DNA from: an uncultured Rickettsiales bacterium
GTDB taxonomy: Bacteria; Pseudomonadota; Alphaproteobacteria; Rickettsiales; 21-14-0-20-44-7
Direction: 5' to 3'
DNA: 64,000 nucleotides
Assembly: GCA_964545245.1 (NCBI GenBank)
Contig: CAZJFC010000002.1
Coordinates: forward strand, 1,119-65,118
Shown here one piece after another: positions 18,555 through 27,593 of this stretch (the first letter of the stretch is position 1; each line of letters opens with the position of its first letter). A program made the position numbers and the translations under genes. Under the pieces are notes generated by a model. The model had not been told where the DNA came from and made no database searches. It worked only from the letters and a program-made list of their open reading frames with translations.

Positions 18555-19754
18555 TTATTCAAAAACCTTGAATTGCTTGGGGCGCAGGAATAATTCATCG
18601 GATTTTTTTATTTCAAGCATATCAATCACGCTTTTTGGCACCTCCACCTGAAGCAGCTTGCCGTTTGGCCGTTCAAGCTCCATTTTTACAAGCGAACCTG
18701 CCGGATTGATATGTATCAGCCGCGCTGTGATGTATTCATGCTTATCCTCAATTTTCTTGGCGACATACATTTCATGGGGCCGCGCGAAAATCTTGACCGG
18801 CTTGCCATCAATTTTCTGTGGTTTCACCGGGGATATAACAACAGGCTTTGAGGTGACCGGTTTTTCAGCATGCATACCCGGCACCAGCTTGCTCATCAGG
18901 CTGGTTGCAAACCCGGTATATTTTTCGAATATCCCGCGCTGCTCTTCAGGTTCATTGTTCTCAGGGCTATCAGTAATCCTGGTTTCGGCGAGGTGGATAT
19001 TTCCCTCCTTATCCTTCCAGCCGGAAAACTCATTGTAATTGCCCAGGAAGTCGTAAACAAAGCTGTTTGCCGGATTGTGGTAAACTTCTTCCGGTGTTCC
19101 TATCTGCTCAATCCGGCCATTGCTCATTACCACCACCCGGTCGGCAACTTCCATCGCTTCTTCCTGGTCATGGGTTACGAAAACGCTGGTGATATGGATA
19201 TCGTCATGGAGTTTACGCATCCATGCACGCAGTTCCTTGCGGACTTTCGCGTCAAGCGCGCCAAATGGTTCATCAAGCAAAAGTACATTTGGCTCAACCG
19301 CCAGCGAGCGGGCAAGCGCAACACGCTGCCGCTGGCCGCCGGAAAGCTGGTTCGGATAGCGGTTATAAAACGCGTCCAGATGCACCATCTTTAAAAGATG
19401 CATGACTTTTTTCTTGATCCCGGTTTCGGACAGGCGGTATTTCTTATGGCGAACCCGCAATCCGAAGGCAACGTTGTCATAAACCGTCATATGCTTGAAC
19501 AGCGCATAATGCTGGAACACGAAGCCGACATTGCGTTCTTTAACTTCCTTGTTTTGCGCGGCTTCACCGTTGAGCATGACAGAGCCGGAATCGGCAAATT
19601 CCAGTCCGGCAATGATACGGAGCAGGGTTGTCTTGCCCGAACCGGAAGGCCCAAGCAGGGCCAGCAGCTCACCGGACCGGACTTCAAGGTTGACGTTCTC
19701 AAGCGCGACGAAACTGCCAAATTTCTTGCTGATGTTTTTGAGTTCAATTCCCAT
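18555..19754 (-). CDS. cysA: Sulfate/thiosulfate ABC transporter ATP-binding protein
   Basis: Walker [10 protein letters not shown], signature [13 protein letters not shown], Walker [12 protein letters not shown]. It is the last gene after cysT-cysW. Confidence 0.85.
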   Translation of the reverse strand: MGIELKNISKKFGSFVALENVNLEVRSGELLALLGPSGSGKTTLLRIIAGLEFADSGSVMLNGEAAQNKEVKERNVGFVFQHYALFKHMTVYDNVAFGLRVRHKKYRLSETGIKKKVMHLLKMVHLDAFYNRYPNQLSGGQRQRVALARSLAVEPNVLLLDEPFGALDAKVRKELRAWMRKLHDDIHITSVFVTHDQEEAMEVADRVVVMSNGRIEQIGTPEEVYHNPANSFVYDFLGNYNEFSGWKDKEGNIHLAETRITDSPENNEPEEQRGIFEKYTGFATSLMSKLVPGMHAEKPVTSKPVVISPVKPQKIDGKPVKIFARPHEMYVAKKIEDKHEYITARLIHINPAGSLVKMELERPNGKLLQVEVPKSVIDMLEIKKSDELFLRPKQFKVFE

Positions 19755-19774
19755 AATTTTTACCCGGTTTATAC

Positions 19775-20617
19775 CTAATGCGATTTATGTTTGATTTTTT
19801 TAGTGCGCTTTGTTTCCAGTGTGGTTTTGAGAACCAGTGTAATCAGCGCAAGGATGGTAAGTACTGTCGCAACGGCGAAAGCAGCGACAAAGTTGTATTC
19901 GTTATAGAGTATTTCGACGTGAAGCGGGATGGTGTTTGTCTCCCCGCGTATATGGCCGGAAACTACCGAAACCGCGCCAAACTCTCCCATAGCGCGTGCA
20001 TTACAGAGCAATACGCCATAAAGCAGCCCCCATTTGATATTCGGCAGGGTGATTTTCCAGAAAGTGTAAAAACCGTTCGCGCCAAGCAGGACCGAAGCCT
20101 CTTCTTCTTCAATTCCCTGTTCCTGCATCAGCGGGATAAGTTCCCGCGCGACAAATGGGAAGGTTACAAAAATAGTCGCCAGCACAAGCCCCGGTACGGC
20201 AAAGATAATCTGGATGTCATTTTCAATCAGCCATTGGCCAAGCATGGCATGGCTGCCGAAAAGCAGGACATAGATCAACCCGGAAATGACCGGTGAAACC
20301 GAGAACGGCAGGTCAATCAGCGTAATCAGGAAATGTTTTCCCGCAAAATCGAACTTGGCAATTGCCCAACTGGCGGCTACGCCAAATATCATATTGAGTG
20401 GGACGGCAATCACTGCAACAAGAAGTGTTAATTTAATCGCGGAAATAGTATCGGGGTTGTTTATTCCTGAAATATAAGCATCAATACCTTTGCGGAAAGC
20501 TTCCGTAAAAACGGCCGCAATCGGCATAATGATAAGCAGGCCAAGGAAGGCAAGCGCCGTAAGCGTCAGTAAAACCCTGATTGCGCGAGGCTCGGTTATG
20601 GCGGTAGATTTCGTCAT
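19775..20617 (-). CDS. cysW: Sulfate ABC transporter permease CysW
   Basis: The ABC permease EAA-type loop [21 protein letters not shown]. The start is chosen at the ATG at 20617, which forms an ATGA overlap with the cysT stop. The ORF track extends to 20665. Confidence 0.8.
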   Translation of the reverse strand: MTKSTAITEPRAIRVLLTLTALAFLGLLIIMPIAAVFTEAFRKGIDAYISGINNPDTISAIKLTLLVAVIAVPLNMIFGVAASWAIAKFDFAGKHFLITLIDLPFSVSPVISGLIYVLLFGSHAMLGQWLIENDIQIIFAVPGLVLATIFVTFPFVARELIPLMQEQGIEEEEASVLLGANGFYTFWKITLPNIKWGLLYGVLLCNARAMGEFGAVSVVSGHIRGETNTIPLHVEILYNEYNFVAAFAVATVLTILALITLVLKTTLETKRTKKIKHKSH

Positions 20618-21453
20618 GTCCTTGTCCTCATCCTTGTCCATTTCTGGAGATAGTTGATCATCCACAGCAGGATGAATGAGATTACCAGCATGACGATGGC
20701 AATCGCGGTCGCACCCGCGTAATCGTATTGTTCAAGCTTGGTGACGATTATCAGCGGTACAATTTCAGAGACTCCGGGAATATTTCCCGCGATAAAAATC
20801 ACCGAGCCATATTCGCCGAGCGCGCGCGCAAAAGCCATTGCGAACCCGGTGAGCAGCGCAGGCAATATATGCGGGAATATTACATAGCGGAAAGTCTGCC
20901 AGCGTGACGCACCAAGGCTGGCCGCGCCTTCCTCGATTTCCTTGTCCATATCTTCCAATACCGGCTGTACTGTCCGTACCACGAACGGCAGGCCAACAAA
21001 AATCAGTGCTATGGTTATCCCTATAGGCGTATATGCAACCTTAAGCCCGTGCGGTTCAAGATACTGGCCGATCCACCCGTCATGCGAATAAAGCGCGGTG
21101 AGCGCAATCCCTGCAACCGCTGTCGGCAATGCAAAGGGGAGGTCAACAATTGCATCGATAATCTTTTTAAACGGGAAGCTATAACGCACGAGAACCCACG
21201 CGACAATCAACCCAAAAAAAGAATTTATCAGCGCGGCTGCAAAGGATACGCCGAAAGAAATTTTATAAGAATGAACAACGCGGTCTGCAGTTACAGCCTC
21301 AATGAACTGGTCGAAAGTAAGGGTGGCTGTATAAAAAAACAGGCCGGAAAGCGGCGCAAGGACTATCAGGAACAGGTAGAACAGGGTAAAACCCATGGTA
21401 ATTTTAAACCCGGGAAGAACGCTGTGCTGCATTAATTTGAATTTCCTGCCCAT
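20614..21453 (-). CDS. cysT: Sulfate ABC transporter permease CysT
   Basis: 279 aa with 6 TM segments and the EAA loop [22 protein letters not shown]. Confidence 0.8.
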   Translation of the reverse strand: MGRKFKLMQHSVLPGFKITMGFTLFYLFLIVLAPLSGLFFYTATLTFDQFIEAVTADRVVHSYKISFGVSFAAALINSFFGLIVAWVLVRYSFPFKKIIDAIVDLPFALPTAVAGIALTALYSHDGWIGQYLEPHGLKVAYTPIGITIALIFVGLPFVVRTVQPVLEDMDKEIEEGAASLGASRWQTFRYVIFPHILPALLTGFAMAFARALGEYGSVIFIAGNIPGVSEIVPLIIVTKLEQYDYAGATAIAIVMLVISFILLWMINYLQKWTRMRTRT

Positions 21454-21462
21454 GAGTGTAAC

Positions 21463-21873
21463 TTATTTAGCACCCATGAATTGCTGGAGGGATTTGTTAT
21501 CAAGAACCCCGGCGATGGCATTACGGACTTCAACCATTGCTTTTCTTATCTCACAGGTTTTTTCGTCCTGGCAGTCGTCACATTTCTGGTAGGCTGTAAC
21601 GCTGGCGCAGCGTATCGGGGCGAGCGGCCCGTCAATAACGCGGATAACGTTACCAATGGTGATTTCATTCGCGTCACGGGTAAGGAAATAACCGCCGAAT
21701 ATACCACGTTTACTGCCAACATAACCGTTGTTTTTCAGGTCAAGCAGGATGGTTTCAAGGAATTTCTGGGGAACATCCGCTTCCTTCGCGATGGTTTTCG
21801 TCTGTAGCATTTTTTTGTTCCTTGTCAGAACCATAAGCGCTCTCAGCGCGTATTTCGCTTTCATCGACAGCAT
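21463..21873 (-). CDS. Rrf2-family transcriptional regulator with a C-terminal Cys cluster
   Basis: MLSMKAKYALRALMVL..., a wHTH, and the Cys cluster RCASVTAYQKCDDCQDEKTC. It lies directly upstream of cysTWA on the same strand. Confidence 0.8.
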   Translation of the reverse strand: MLSMKAKYALRALMVLTRNKKMLQTKTIAKEADVPQKFLETILLDLKNNGYVGSKRGIFGGYFLTRDANEITIGNVIRVIDGPLAPIRCASVTAYQKCDDCQDEKTCEIRKAMVEVRNAIAGVLDNKSLQQFMGAK

Positions 21874-21964
21874 AAAATTTCCAATATAGTGGACAAAATA
21901 CTATTACCTTACTAGGTTTTAATTCCTAGCAAGTCAATGTAGTACTTCATTTCAACGGAAATTT

Positions 21965-22795
21965 CTACTCAATATTTATCAGGAAGGGCGCAAAAACCGA
22001 TTTTCCATCAATGCTTACCTGCACGAAAAGCTTAATTAGCCCCTTGCTTTCAGGGCTGATATGGAAAGAAAATTCCGGTCCTCCACGCTTGTTTTGGCTG
22101 GCCGGCTCCCTGCCCATCGGGTGCGCGTGGATTACGGTTGATAAATCTTCCGTGAAGCCGACAACATGGGCAAATGCCCCCATAACCGGTTCAAGACGGG
22201 TGACGGGCCGGCCCTTTTCCGAGATTGTTACTTTGCCTGTGATGTCTCCGGGTTTCAGCGGGGTTTTGTTGAAGGAAAGCTCAAAATCATAGCCATCGAT
22301 ACTGGTTTGAAGGGATTGTATTTCATCCTTTATTTTGCCTTCCGTAACTGTGCCGATATCAACCGGCAGATATTGCTGCGTGCTTCCGACAGGTTTGATA
22401 TCGGCCCATGCCCTGAAATTTACTGAGGTTTCCGGGGTGAATTCAAAAGCGTAAACACCCGGAGTTTCTGTGGGTTTCGGATGCAGGTGGTGATATTCAC
22501 CAAGGTCTGGGTCAATCACCAGAAGGTGGAATTTTTTTGTGTGAACTTCCTCAAGCTGTTTTTCGCTTACCGGGTGGCCGTTTGGGTCTTTTAGTAAGAC
22601 AGAAAGTCTGGCTGCTTTGCCTGTTTCAAGTTTTGGCTGGTCTAAAAACTCCAGTGTAAACTTCTGAATTATATGTTTTTCATGATGTGAACCATGATTG
22701 CCATGGGTGGAATGATTTTCTAACGCAAGGCTGGGGGTTGCGCAGAGAATAAATGTAAGGAATAGGGCAAGCCGTAGCATATGTATAGGATACAT
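21965..22795 (-). CDS. Secreted His-rich protein of unknown function (possible periplasmic metal-binding, Ig-like)
   Basis: A signal peptide is followed by ENHSTHGNHGSHHEKH. Further His clusters are YHHLHPKP and IHAHPMG. Confidence 0.35.
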   Translation of the reverse strand: MYPIHMLRLALFLTFILCATPSLALENHSTHGNHGSHHEKHIIQKFTLEFLDQPKLETGKAARLSVLLKDPNGHPVSEKQLEEVHTKKFHLLVIDPDLGEYHHLHPKPTETPGVYAFEFTPETSVNFRAWADIKPVGSTQQYLPVDIGTVTEGKIKDEIQSLQTSIDGYDFELSFNKTPLKPGDITGKVTISEKGRPVTRLEPVMGAFAHVVGFTEDLSTVIHAHPMGREPASQNKRGGPEFSFHISPESKGLIKLFVQVSIDGKSVFAPFLINIE

Positions 22796-22915
22796 GGTTT
22801 ATAGTTATATTAAAGATATTTCAGGGGAGAAATTTGTGTTTCCGGCTTAAAGGAAAGCGCTGTAAACCACAAATAGCTTGAAAATTCCACCAAAAAAGTG
22901 TATTAAGCCTGCCCT

Positions 22916-23278
22916 ATGGTAAGGACATTCGCCCGATTTTTAAGCGTTCTCTCGCTGGTGAGCCACTTTTTCTGCTGCTTTTTGCCCGGCGTTATCAGCG
23001 TTCTTACGCTTATTACCCTTTCCGGTTCAATGGTTCTCACAATGGAAGATTTCGGTATCCCGGAGTATGTCCATGAGGAGATGATTTTTATATCCGCTGC
23101 GGTTCTGCTGTTTAGCGGGATCATCAATTACATAAGCTGGAAGCTGGATTGCCGCGCGGTGGGTGGTTGCTCTCATGAGCCTTGCGCTCCGAAAAAGGCT
23201 AAATATTTCAAGTTATATGCTTATTCGGTGGTGTTTTTTGTGCTGAATGCCGTTATCCATTTCAGCCTGCATGAATAA
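22916..23278 (+). CDS. Small membrane protein with a CC motif in TM1 (MerT/MerC-like topology?)
   Basis: 120 aa with 3-4 TM segments. It has SHFFCCFLPGVISVL in TM1 and a second Cys pair, DCRAVGGCSHEPC. It is divergent from the His-rich protein gene. Confidence 0.3.
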   Translation: MVRTFARFLSVLSLVSHFFCCFLPGVISVLTLITLSGSMVLTMEDFGIPEYVHEEMIFISAAVLLFSGIINYISWKLDCRAVGGCSHEPCAPKKAKYFKLYAYSVVFFVLNAVIHFSLHE

Positions 23279-23283
23279 TCCGG

Positions 23284-23721
23284 CTAAACGCCAATCCCTG
23301 CCGCTTTAAGCTCCGCCGCGATTTTTTTCACGTTCGTGTCGGTTTTTGTAATATCTTTATTATTCACGGCTATGGTCTGTAACGCCTGGTTCTGCTCGGC
23401 AGTGAGGTTAAGTTTTATGGTTGTACGGTTGATCCATTCCGGAAGCGGGCCGCTTAAACCAAAAGTATCATTAAAACTGGGCAGAAACGGGAATTTGCTG
23501 TTAACAGGCTGATATGCGGTTTGCTGGAAAATCCCGGAAACAGAATCAAGGATGTTCGATATCATGTCATCAATGAATGAGAACTGGCTTTCGCTTTTGC
23601 CGAGCAGGGCGTCAAAGCCTGCTTCTGCGGTGAGATTTCTTTTATTGGTGCTCTCACTTCCCAAAAGAACGGAAGAAGTGAATGAAACCGGTGTGTTTGC
23701 CATAAACCCTCTCTTTAGCAT
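23284..23721 (-). CDS. Hypothetical protein
   Basis: An ORF of 139-145 aa; the start is either 23721 or the ATG at 23703 (MANTPVSF). I recognise no motif. Confidence 0.4.
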   Translation of the reverse strand: MLKRGFMANTPVSFTSSVLLGSESTNKRNLTAEAGFDALLGKSESQFSFIDDMISNILDSVSGIFQQTAYQPVNSKFPFLPSFNDTFGLSGPLPEWINRTTIKLNLTAEQNQALQTIAVNNKDITKTDTNVKKIAAELKAAGIGV

Positions 23722-23777
23722 TATATAAGCAAGATTTGTGCCAAAACAGGGCGGGATAAGATATTGAATTATAATAA

Positions 23778-24005
23778 CTATGCTTTTTTAACGAAACAGG
23801 TTTTAAGCACAGTTTCGCGTTTATCGACGCGGCCTTCGATTTCTTCGTCATTGTTGGTGAGGCGGATGTTGCGGACGATGGTGCCGCGTTTCACCACGCC
23901 GGACGAGCCTTTGAGTTTGAGGTCTTTGATTACGGTGACCGAATCGCCGTCACTCAGGCGGTTGCCGTTAGAGTCTTTTACTTTGATTTCATTTTTGTCT
24001 GACAT
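23778..24005 (-). CDS. phnA: PhnA/YjdM-domain protein (C-terminal domain only)
   Basis: MSDKNEIKVKDSNGNRLSDGDSVTVIKDLKLKGSSGVVKRGTIVRNIRL...EGRV...VLKTCFVKK matches the PhnA C-terminal domain. The start is moved to the ATG at 24005. Confidence 0.75.
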   Translation of the reverse strand: MSDKNEIKVKDSNGNRLSDGDSVTVIKDLKLKGSSGVVKRGTIVRNIRLTNNDEEIEGRVDKRETVLKTCFVKKA

Positions 24006-24134
24006 AAAGTTTTTCTGAAGGTTATTTATGGGCTTTCTACAACGCCAGGATAAAAGTTTCAAGATTTAACGGGTTTTGTTTTGTAATAATTAGTAGGTAC
24101 CAGGGCAGAATAACTATTAATCCTGAGTATCCAA

Positions 24135-25109
24135 TTATACTTTAGGAAGAGAATGTTTCTCAGGAACCCATTTATAAATTCTGCATATTAGATTATGTAT
24201 TTTAGCGGTAGAAAGAAGCCACGATAGTCCCAGCGCCAATATTATGCTCACAAGAAGAGCGAGCCATGAATTACTCTGCGATAGCGCAGATAAATATGGG
24301 CGAAGAGGAATAACAAAGAAACCATGTAGTAAATATACTGAAATAGTCTTGGCTCCCCGTGATGACCAGCGGTTTTTGCTTGAAGGAATGATAGCCAGAA
24401 ACATAATGATTCCTATAGCTGCAGCCAGCAGATGACTGATACGTATAAAAAGGCCGGTAACGTTATCCACTCCCAACAAATGATAAGGCATATGCCAGCC
24501 AAAGTCTTTAATTGTCAGACTAACGGTAATTATGGCGATTAATCCTGTAATTACTATTATGGATTTTTGCCATAATGTCTTGGTGGCAAGAGAGTTCATA
24601 ATCTGGTTGCCGAAAAAGTGTCCGGCTATAAAAAATGGCAAAAATCCCAATGTCAGGGAAAGGCTTAACAAATAGCCCATATTGGGCAGCATCCCACTTA
24701 TCAAGGCAATAATTATTGATATTAGGAAAGGGTAGGGTAAATAATAAAACCAGTGCAGAATTAGTCGCCACCAAAATAGGCTTAGAACGAACCATAATAA
24801 CCAATAAGGCTGAATTAAATAAAGTATTTCCCAGGTTTCAAATACCGATACGTAGATAAATTGGAAAACAATAAGAGTGATTAGCAAGTCCCTAAGCTGT
24901 GCGCGAGAAGGGTGCCGTCGGCTTGTCATGCCCGCTAGAAAGACAAAAGCAGGTAGGCGGAAAGTACCTAAAATCCGATAAAAAGCTTCAATAGAGGCAG
25001 AATGAATTATTACCGATGCCGACAGATGCCAGAAAACTACCAGTAAAATCAGTACAAACTTTGCATTATCAAGATGGTAATTACGGTTGTTTTGCGGGTT
25101 ATAAGACAA
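24135..25109 (-). CDS. Acyltransferase family 3 membrane protein (sugar O-acyltransferase type)
   Basis: 324 aa with about 10 TM segments. The N-terminus LDNAKFVLILLVVFWH and RLPAFVFLAGM are typical of Acyl_transf_3. The gene is AT-rich. Confidence 0.7.
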   Translation of the reverse strand: MSYNPQNNRNYHLDNAKFVLILLVVFWHLSASVIIHSASIEAFYRILGTFRLPAFVFLAGMTSRRHPSRAQLRDLLITLIVFQFIYVSVFETWEILYLIQPYWLLWFVLSLFWWRLILHWFYYLPYPFLISIIIALISGMLPNMGYLLSLSLTLGFLPFFIAGHFFGNQIMNSLATKTLWQKSIIVITGLIAIITVSLTIKDFGWHMPYHLLGVDNVTGLFIRISHLLAAAIGIIMFLAIIPSSKNRWSSRGAKTISVYLLHGFFVIPLRPYLSALSQSNSWLALLVSIILALGLSWLLSTAKIHNLICRIYKWVPEKHSLPKV

Positions 25110-25130
25110 GGGAACTCACTTTATTTAATT

Positions 25131-25451
25131 CTATATATTCCTTTCCAAGATTATTTTCCAGCTAGTTACATTAGGCTTTAGTTGCTGCAGGTAATTCCAG
25201 GCTGATTCTTTTTCTGAAGCTATAACTTGTGCATTATAAGCATTCTCATTTTCTAATTTAAAACTTTCATAATTAAAACGCACAATCTTGGGATTTTCTA
25301 TACCCGCAATACTTACGGCACTTCGCTCAATAGCTTCCGATAAATGACCCTTTCCCGAACCATTTACACCTGTGAGTACAGTAAAGTTTGAAAACTCAAC
25401 AGCATTGAATTGTGATATTGAAAGATGTTTACTTTTAAACTGTAACTTCAT
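25131..25451 (-). pseudogene. N-terminal remnant (106 aa) of a P-loop AAA/ABC-like ATPase
   Basis: The Walker A context FTVLTGVNGSGKGHLSEAIE is typical of AAA_15/OLD/SMC-like ATPases of 400 aa or more. The ORF stops after 106 aa, and the acyltransferase gene follows 22 nt later. Confidence 0.45.
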
Positions 25452-25685
25452 AACCTACATCTCCTTAGATACAAAATATACTTTCCCCTTGTTACCGAAT
25501 GCTTCCAAAAACGCATAGGGGAAGGGGCGGGGTCAAATGGTTGCTCCGCTAATTGTGATATTGCCTCTTCAATTTCTACTGCGTTCAATTCACCACCCCA
25601 CTAAATAGCCTTATTTTGACTTTTATTGCATTTTTCACTTCATATCCAGCAAAAAGTTGCTAGAATGGGCTATAAAGGGAGCAAA

Positions 25686-27170
25686 ATGACTGAAAAATTG
25701 CTGCATCATATGCCGGAAGTGTTCGTGTCCACGTCGGAAACAACGGTGATGGTATCCCGCGCCGTGAAATCCGGCGAACTCCGCAAACTGGCCAGCCGCC
25801 TTTATACGAAAAATCTTACCGATGCACCAGAAGCTATTGTGAAGCGGCATATCTGGCAGATTGTCAGCGGCTATTTCCCCGGTGCGCTGGTGGCGGATAG
25901 AACGGCGCTGGAAAATGCCCCGGCGAAGGACGGCTCCATCTGCCTGATTACTGCCAAGGGTGGCGAGATTGCTTTGCCCGGTATCACGCTGCGCCCCCGT
26001 CGCGGCGTTGCGCCACTGGCAACGGATTTGCCGTTTATCAGCGGGCTGTTTATCAGTTCCACGGCACGGGCTTACCTTGAAAACATGCGCGTTTCCCGTG
26101 GGCGTGACGGTGCATTGCCGCGCACACTGACCAAGCGCGAGTTGGAAGAGCGGCTCGATACGCTCATCCGGCGCAGTGGCGAAGATGCAGTCAATAAGCT
26201 GCGCGATGACGTGCGGGACATTGCGCCTGCACTTACTCTGAAACCCGAAGCCAAGGCGTTTGACGAACTGGTAGGGACATTGCTTGGCACACGCAAGGCG
26301 GCGGTGCAGTCTTCTGCTGCTAAGGCACGAAAATCCGGTCATGCTTATGACCCGGACAGGCTGGCGCTATTTCAGGCGTTGCATGGCGAATTACGCAATT
26401 CTCCCCCGGTCACACGGTTAACCAAGAAGCGCAGCACACAGGGAGAGGCAACGCTGGCATTTTTCGAATCGTATTTCTCCAACTTCATTGAAGGCACGGA
26501 ATTTGAGGTGCGGGAAGCCGCCGAGATCGTGTTTAACGGTGTTATCCCCAATGAACGTCCCGAAGATGTGCATGATGTGCTTGGCACATGGCGGCTGGTT
26601 TCTTCTACCCATGAAATGCAGAAAATACCCAAAAATCTGGATACGCTCCTACGTTTGCTAAAATCCCGCCATGCCGCCATTATGGAGCAGCGCCCGGACA
26701 AACAACCCGGTAAGTTCAAGCAATCTGGTAACCGAGCCGGTTCTACCACGTTTGTCACGCCTGAACTGGTGGAAGGCACGCTCAAGGTAGGGTTTGAACT
26801 CTATCAAAGCCTGGAAACACCCTTCCAACGCGCCGTGTTTATGATGTTTTTGATTTCCGAAGTTCACCCCTTCGCAGATGGCAACGGGCGCACCGCCCGT
26901 ATTATGATGAACGCAGAACTTGCTGCTGCCGGGGAGGAACGCATCATTATTCCTACCGTGTATCGCAGTAATTACCTTTCCGCACTGAAGGTCCTGTCAC
27001 AAACCGGCCAACCTGAGCCGTTGATTCGTACACTGGACTATGCCCAGAAATGGGTAGCTTCTGTTGACTGGGGTGGGTTGGACACGACAGAGGAGCAGCT
27101 AATGCGGTGCAATGCCTTTTTTGATCCATCCACTGCTGACGAAGAGGGAAAACGGTTGCGGCTTATATAG
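25686..27170 (+). CDS. Fic-family (AMPylase-type) protein, class II, with an AbiEi-like N-terminal region
   Basis: Fic motif HPFADGNGRTARIMMN, with the upstream inhibitory-helix motif SNFIEG, i.e. (S/T)xxxE(G/N). The N-terminus VSRAVKSGELRKLASRLYT resembles AbiEi wHTH domains. The start at 25686 has the SD AAAGGGA. Confidence 0.8.
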   Translation: MTEKLLHHMPEVFVSTSETTVMVSRAVKSGELRKLASRLYTKNLTDAPEAIVKRHIWQIVSGYFPGALVADRTALENAPAKDGSICLITAKGGEIALPGITLRPRRGVAPLATDLPFISGLFISSTARAYLENMRVSRGRDGALPRTLTKRELEERLDTLIRRSGEDAVNKLRDDVRDIAPALTLKPEAKAFDELVGTLLGTRKAAVQSSAAKARKSGHAYDPDRLALFQALHGELRNSPPVTRLTKKRSTQGEATLAFFESYFSNFIEGTEFEVREAAEIVFNGVIPNERPEDVHDVLGTWRLVSSTHEMQKIPKNLDTLLRLLKSRHAAIMEQRPDKQPGKFKQSGNRAGSTTFVTPELVEGTLKVGFELYQSLETPFQRAVFMMFLISEVHPFADGNGRTARIMMNAELAAAGEERIIIPTVYRSNYLSALKVLSQTGQPEPLIRTLDYAQKWVASVDWGGLDTTEEQLMRCNAFFDPSTADEEGKRLRLI

Positions 27171-27223
27171 CCAACTAACTGAATACATCCTTATGGGTAT
27201 GTTGTCTGATTGCCATTTTGTAT

Positions 27224-27310
27224 TGGTGCCCTCGGTCGGACTCGAACCGACACATCATCGCTGATACTGCATTTTGAGTGCAGCGCGTCTACCAATTCCA
27301 CCACAAGGGC
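27224..27310 (-). tRNA. tRNA-Leu (anticodon CAA), type II with long variable arm, CCA encoded
   Basis: The reverse complement is GCCCTTGTGGTGGAATTGGTAGACGCGCTGCACTCAAAATGCAGTATCAGCGATGATGTGTCGGTTCGAGTCCGACCGAGGGCACCA. It folds with a 7-bp acceptor stem, anticodon stem CTGCA/TGCAG, loop CTCAAAA, variable stem ATCA/TGAT, and T arm GTCGG-TTCGAGT-CCGAC. Confidence 0.92.
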
Positions 27311-27448
27311 ACACCTTTTGCTCGTGCCGACTATGTGCCGACCAAAGCAATTTCTTCTTTTACCAGATACTATTTGCTCGCCTCAAGCATTTGTTATCTG
27401 TTAAATATTTTCTTCCCTACCGTTTCCCTCATGGCAAACTTGCAAAGT

Positions 27449-27486
27449 TTTGAGTCTAGCGCGTCTACCAATTCCACCACAGGGGC
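27449..27486 (-). pseudogene. 5'-half fragment of a second, diverged tRNA-Leu(CAA)
   Basis: The reverse complement GCCCCTGTGGTGGAATTGGTAGACGCGCTAGACTCAAAA matches tRNA positions 1-38 with 3 substitutions. Similarity ends right after the anticodon loop, and there is no 3' half. Confidence 0.8.
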
Positions 27487-27593
27487 ATTTGTTAACGTCT
27501 TACCAAAAAACCGGAGAAAGCAAATTTCCCCACGAAAATTGATAATTAAGCAGAGCGGAATATAACCGCTGCGACCTATTCTTCCAGCAAAAT

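Noticed and set aside
25635-26342. 235-aa minus-strand ORF antisense to the Fic gene.
   Set aside because: The reasoning is the same: the plus-strand product has canonical Fic and inhibitory motifs, and the antisense product has no features.
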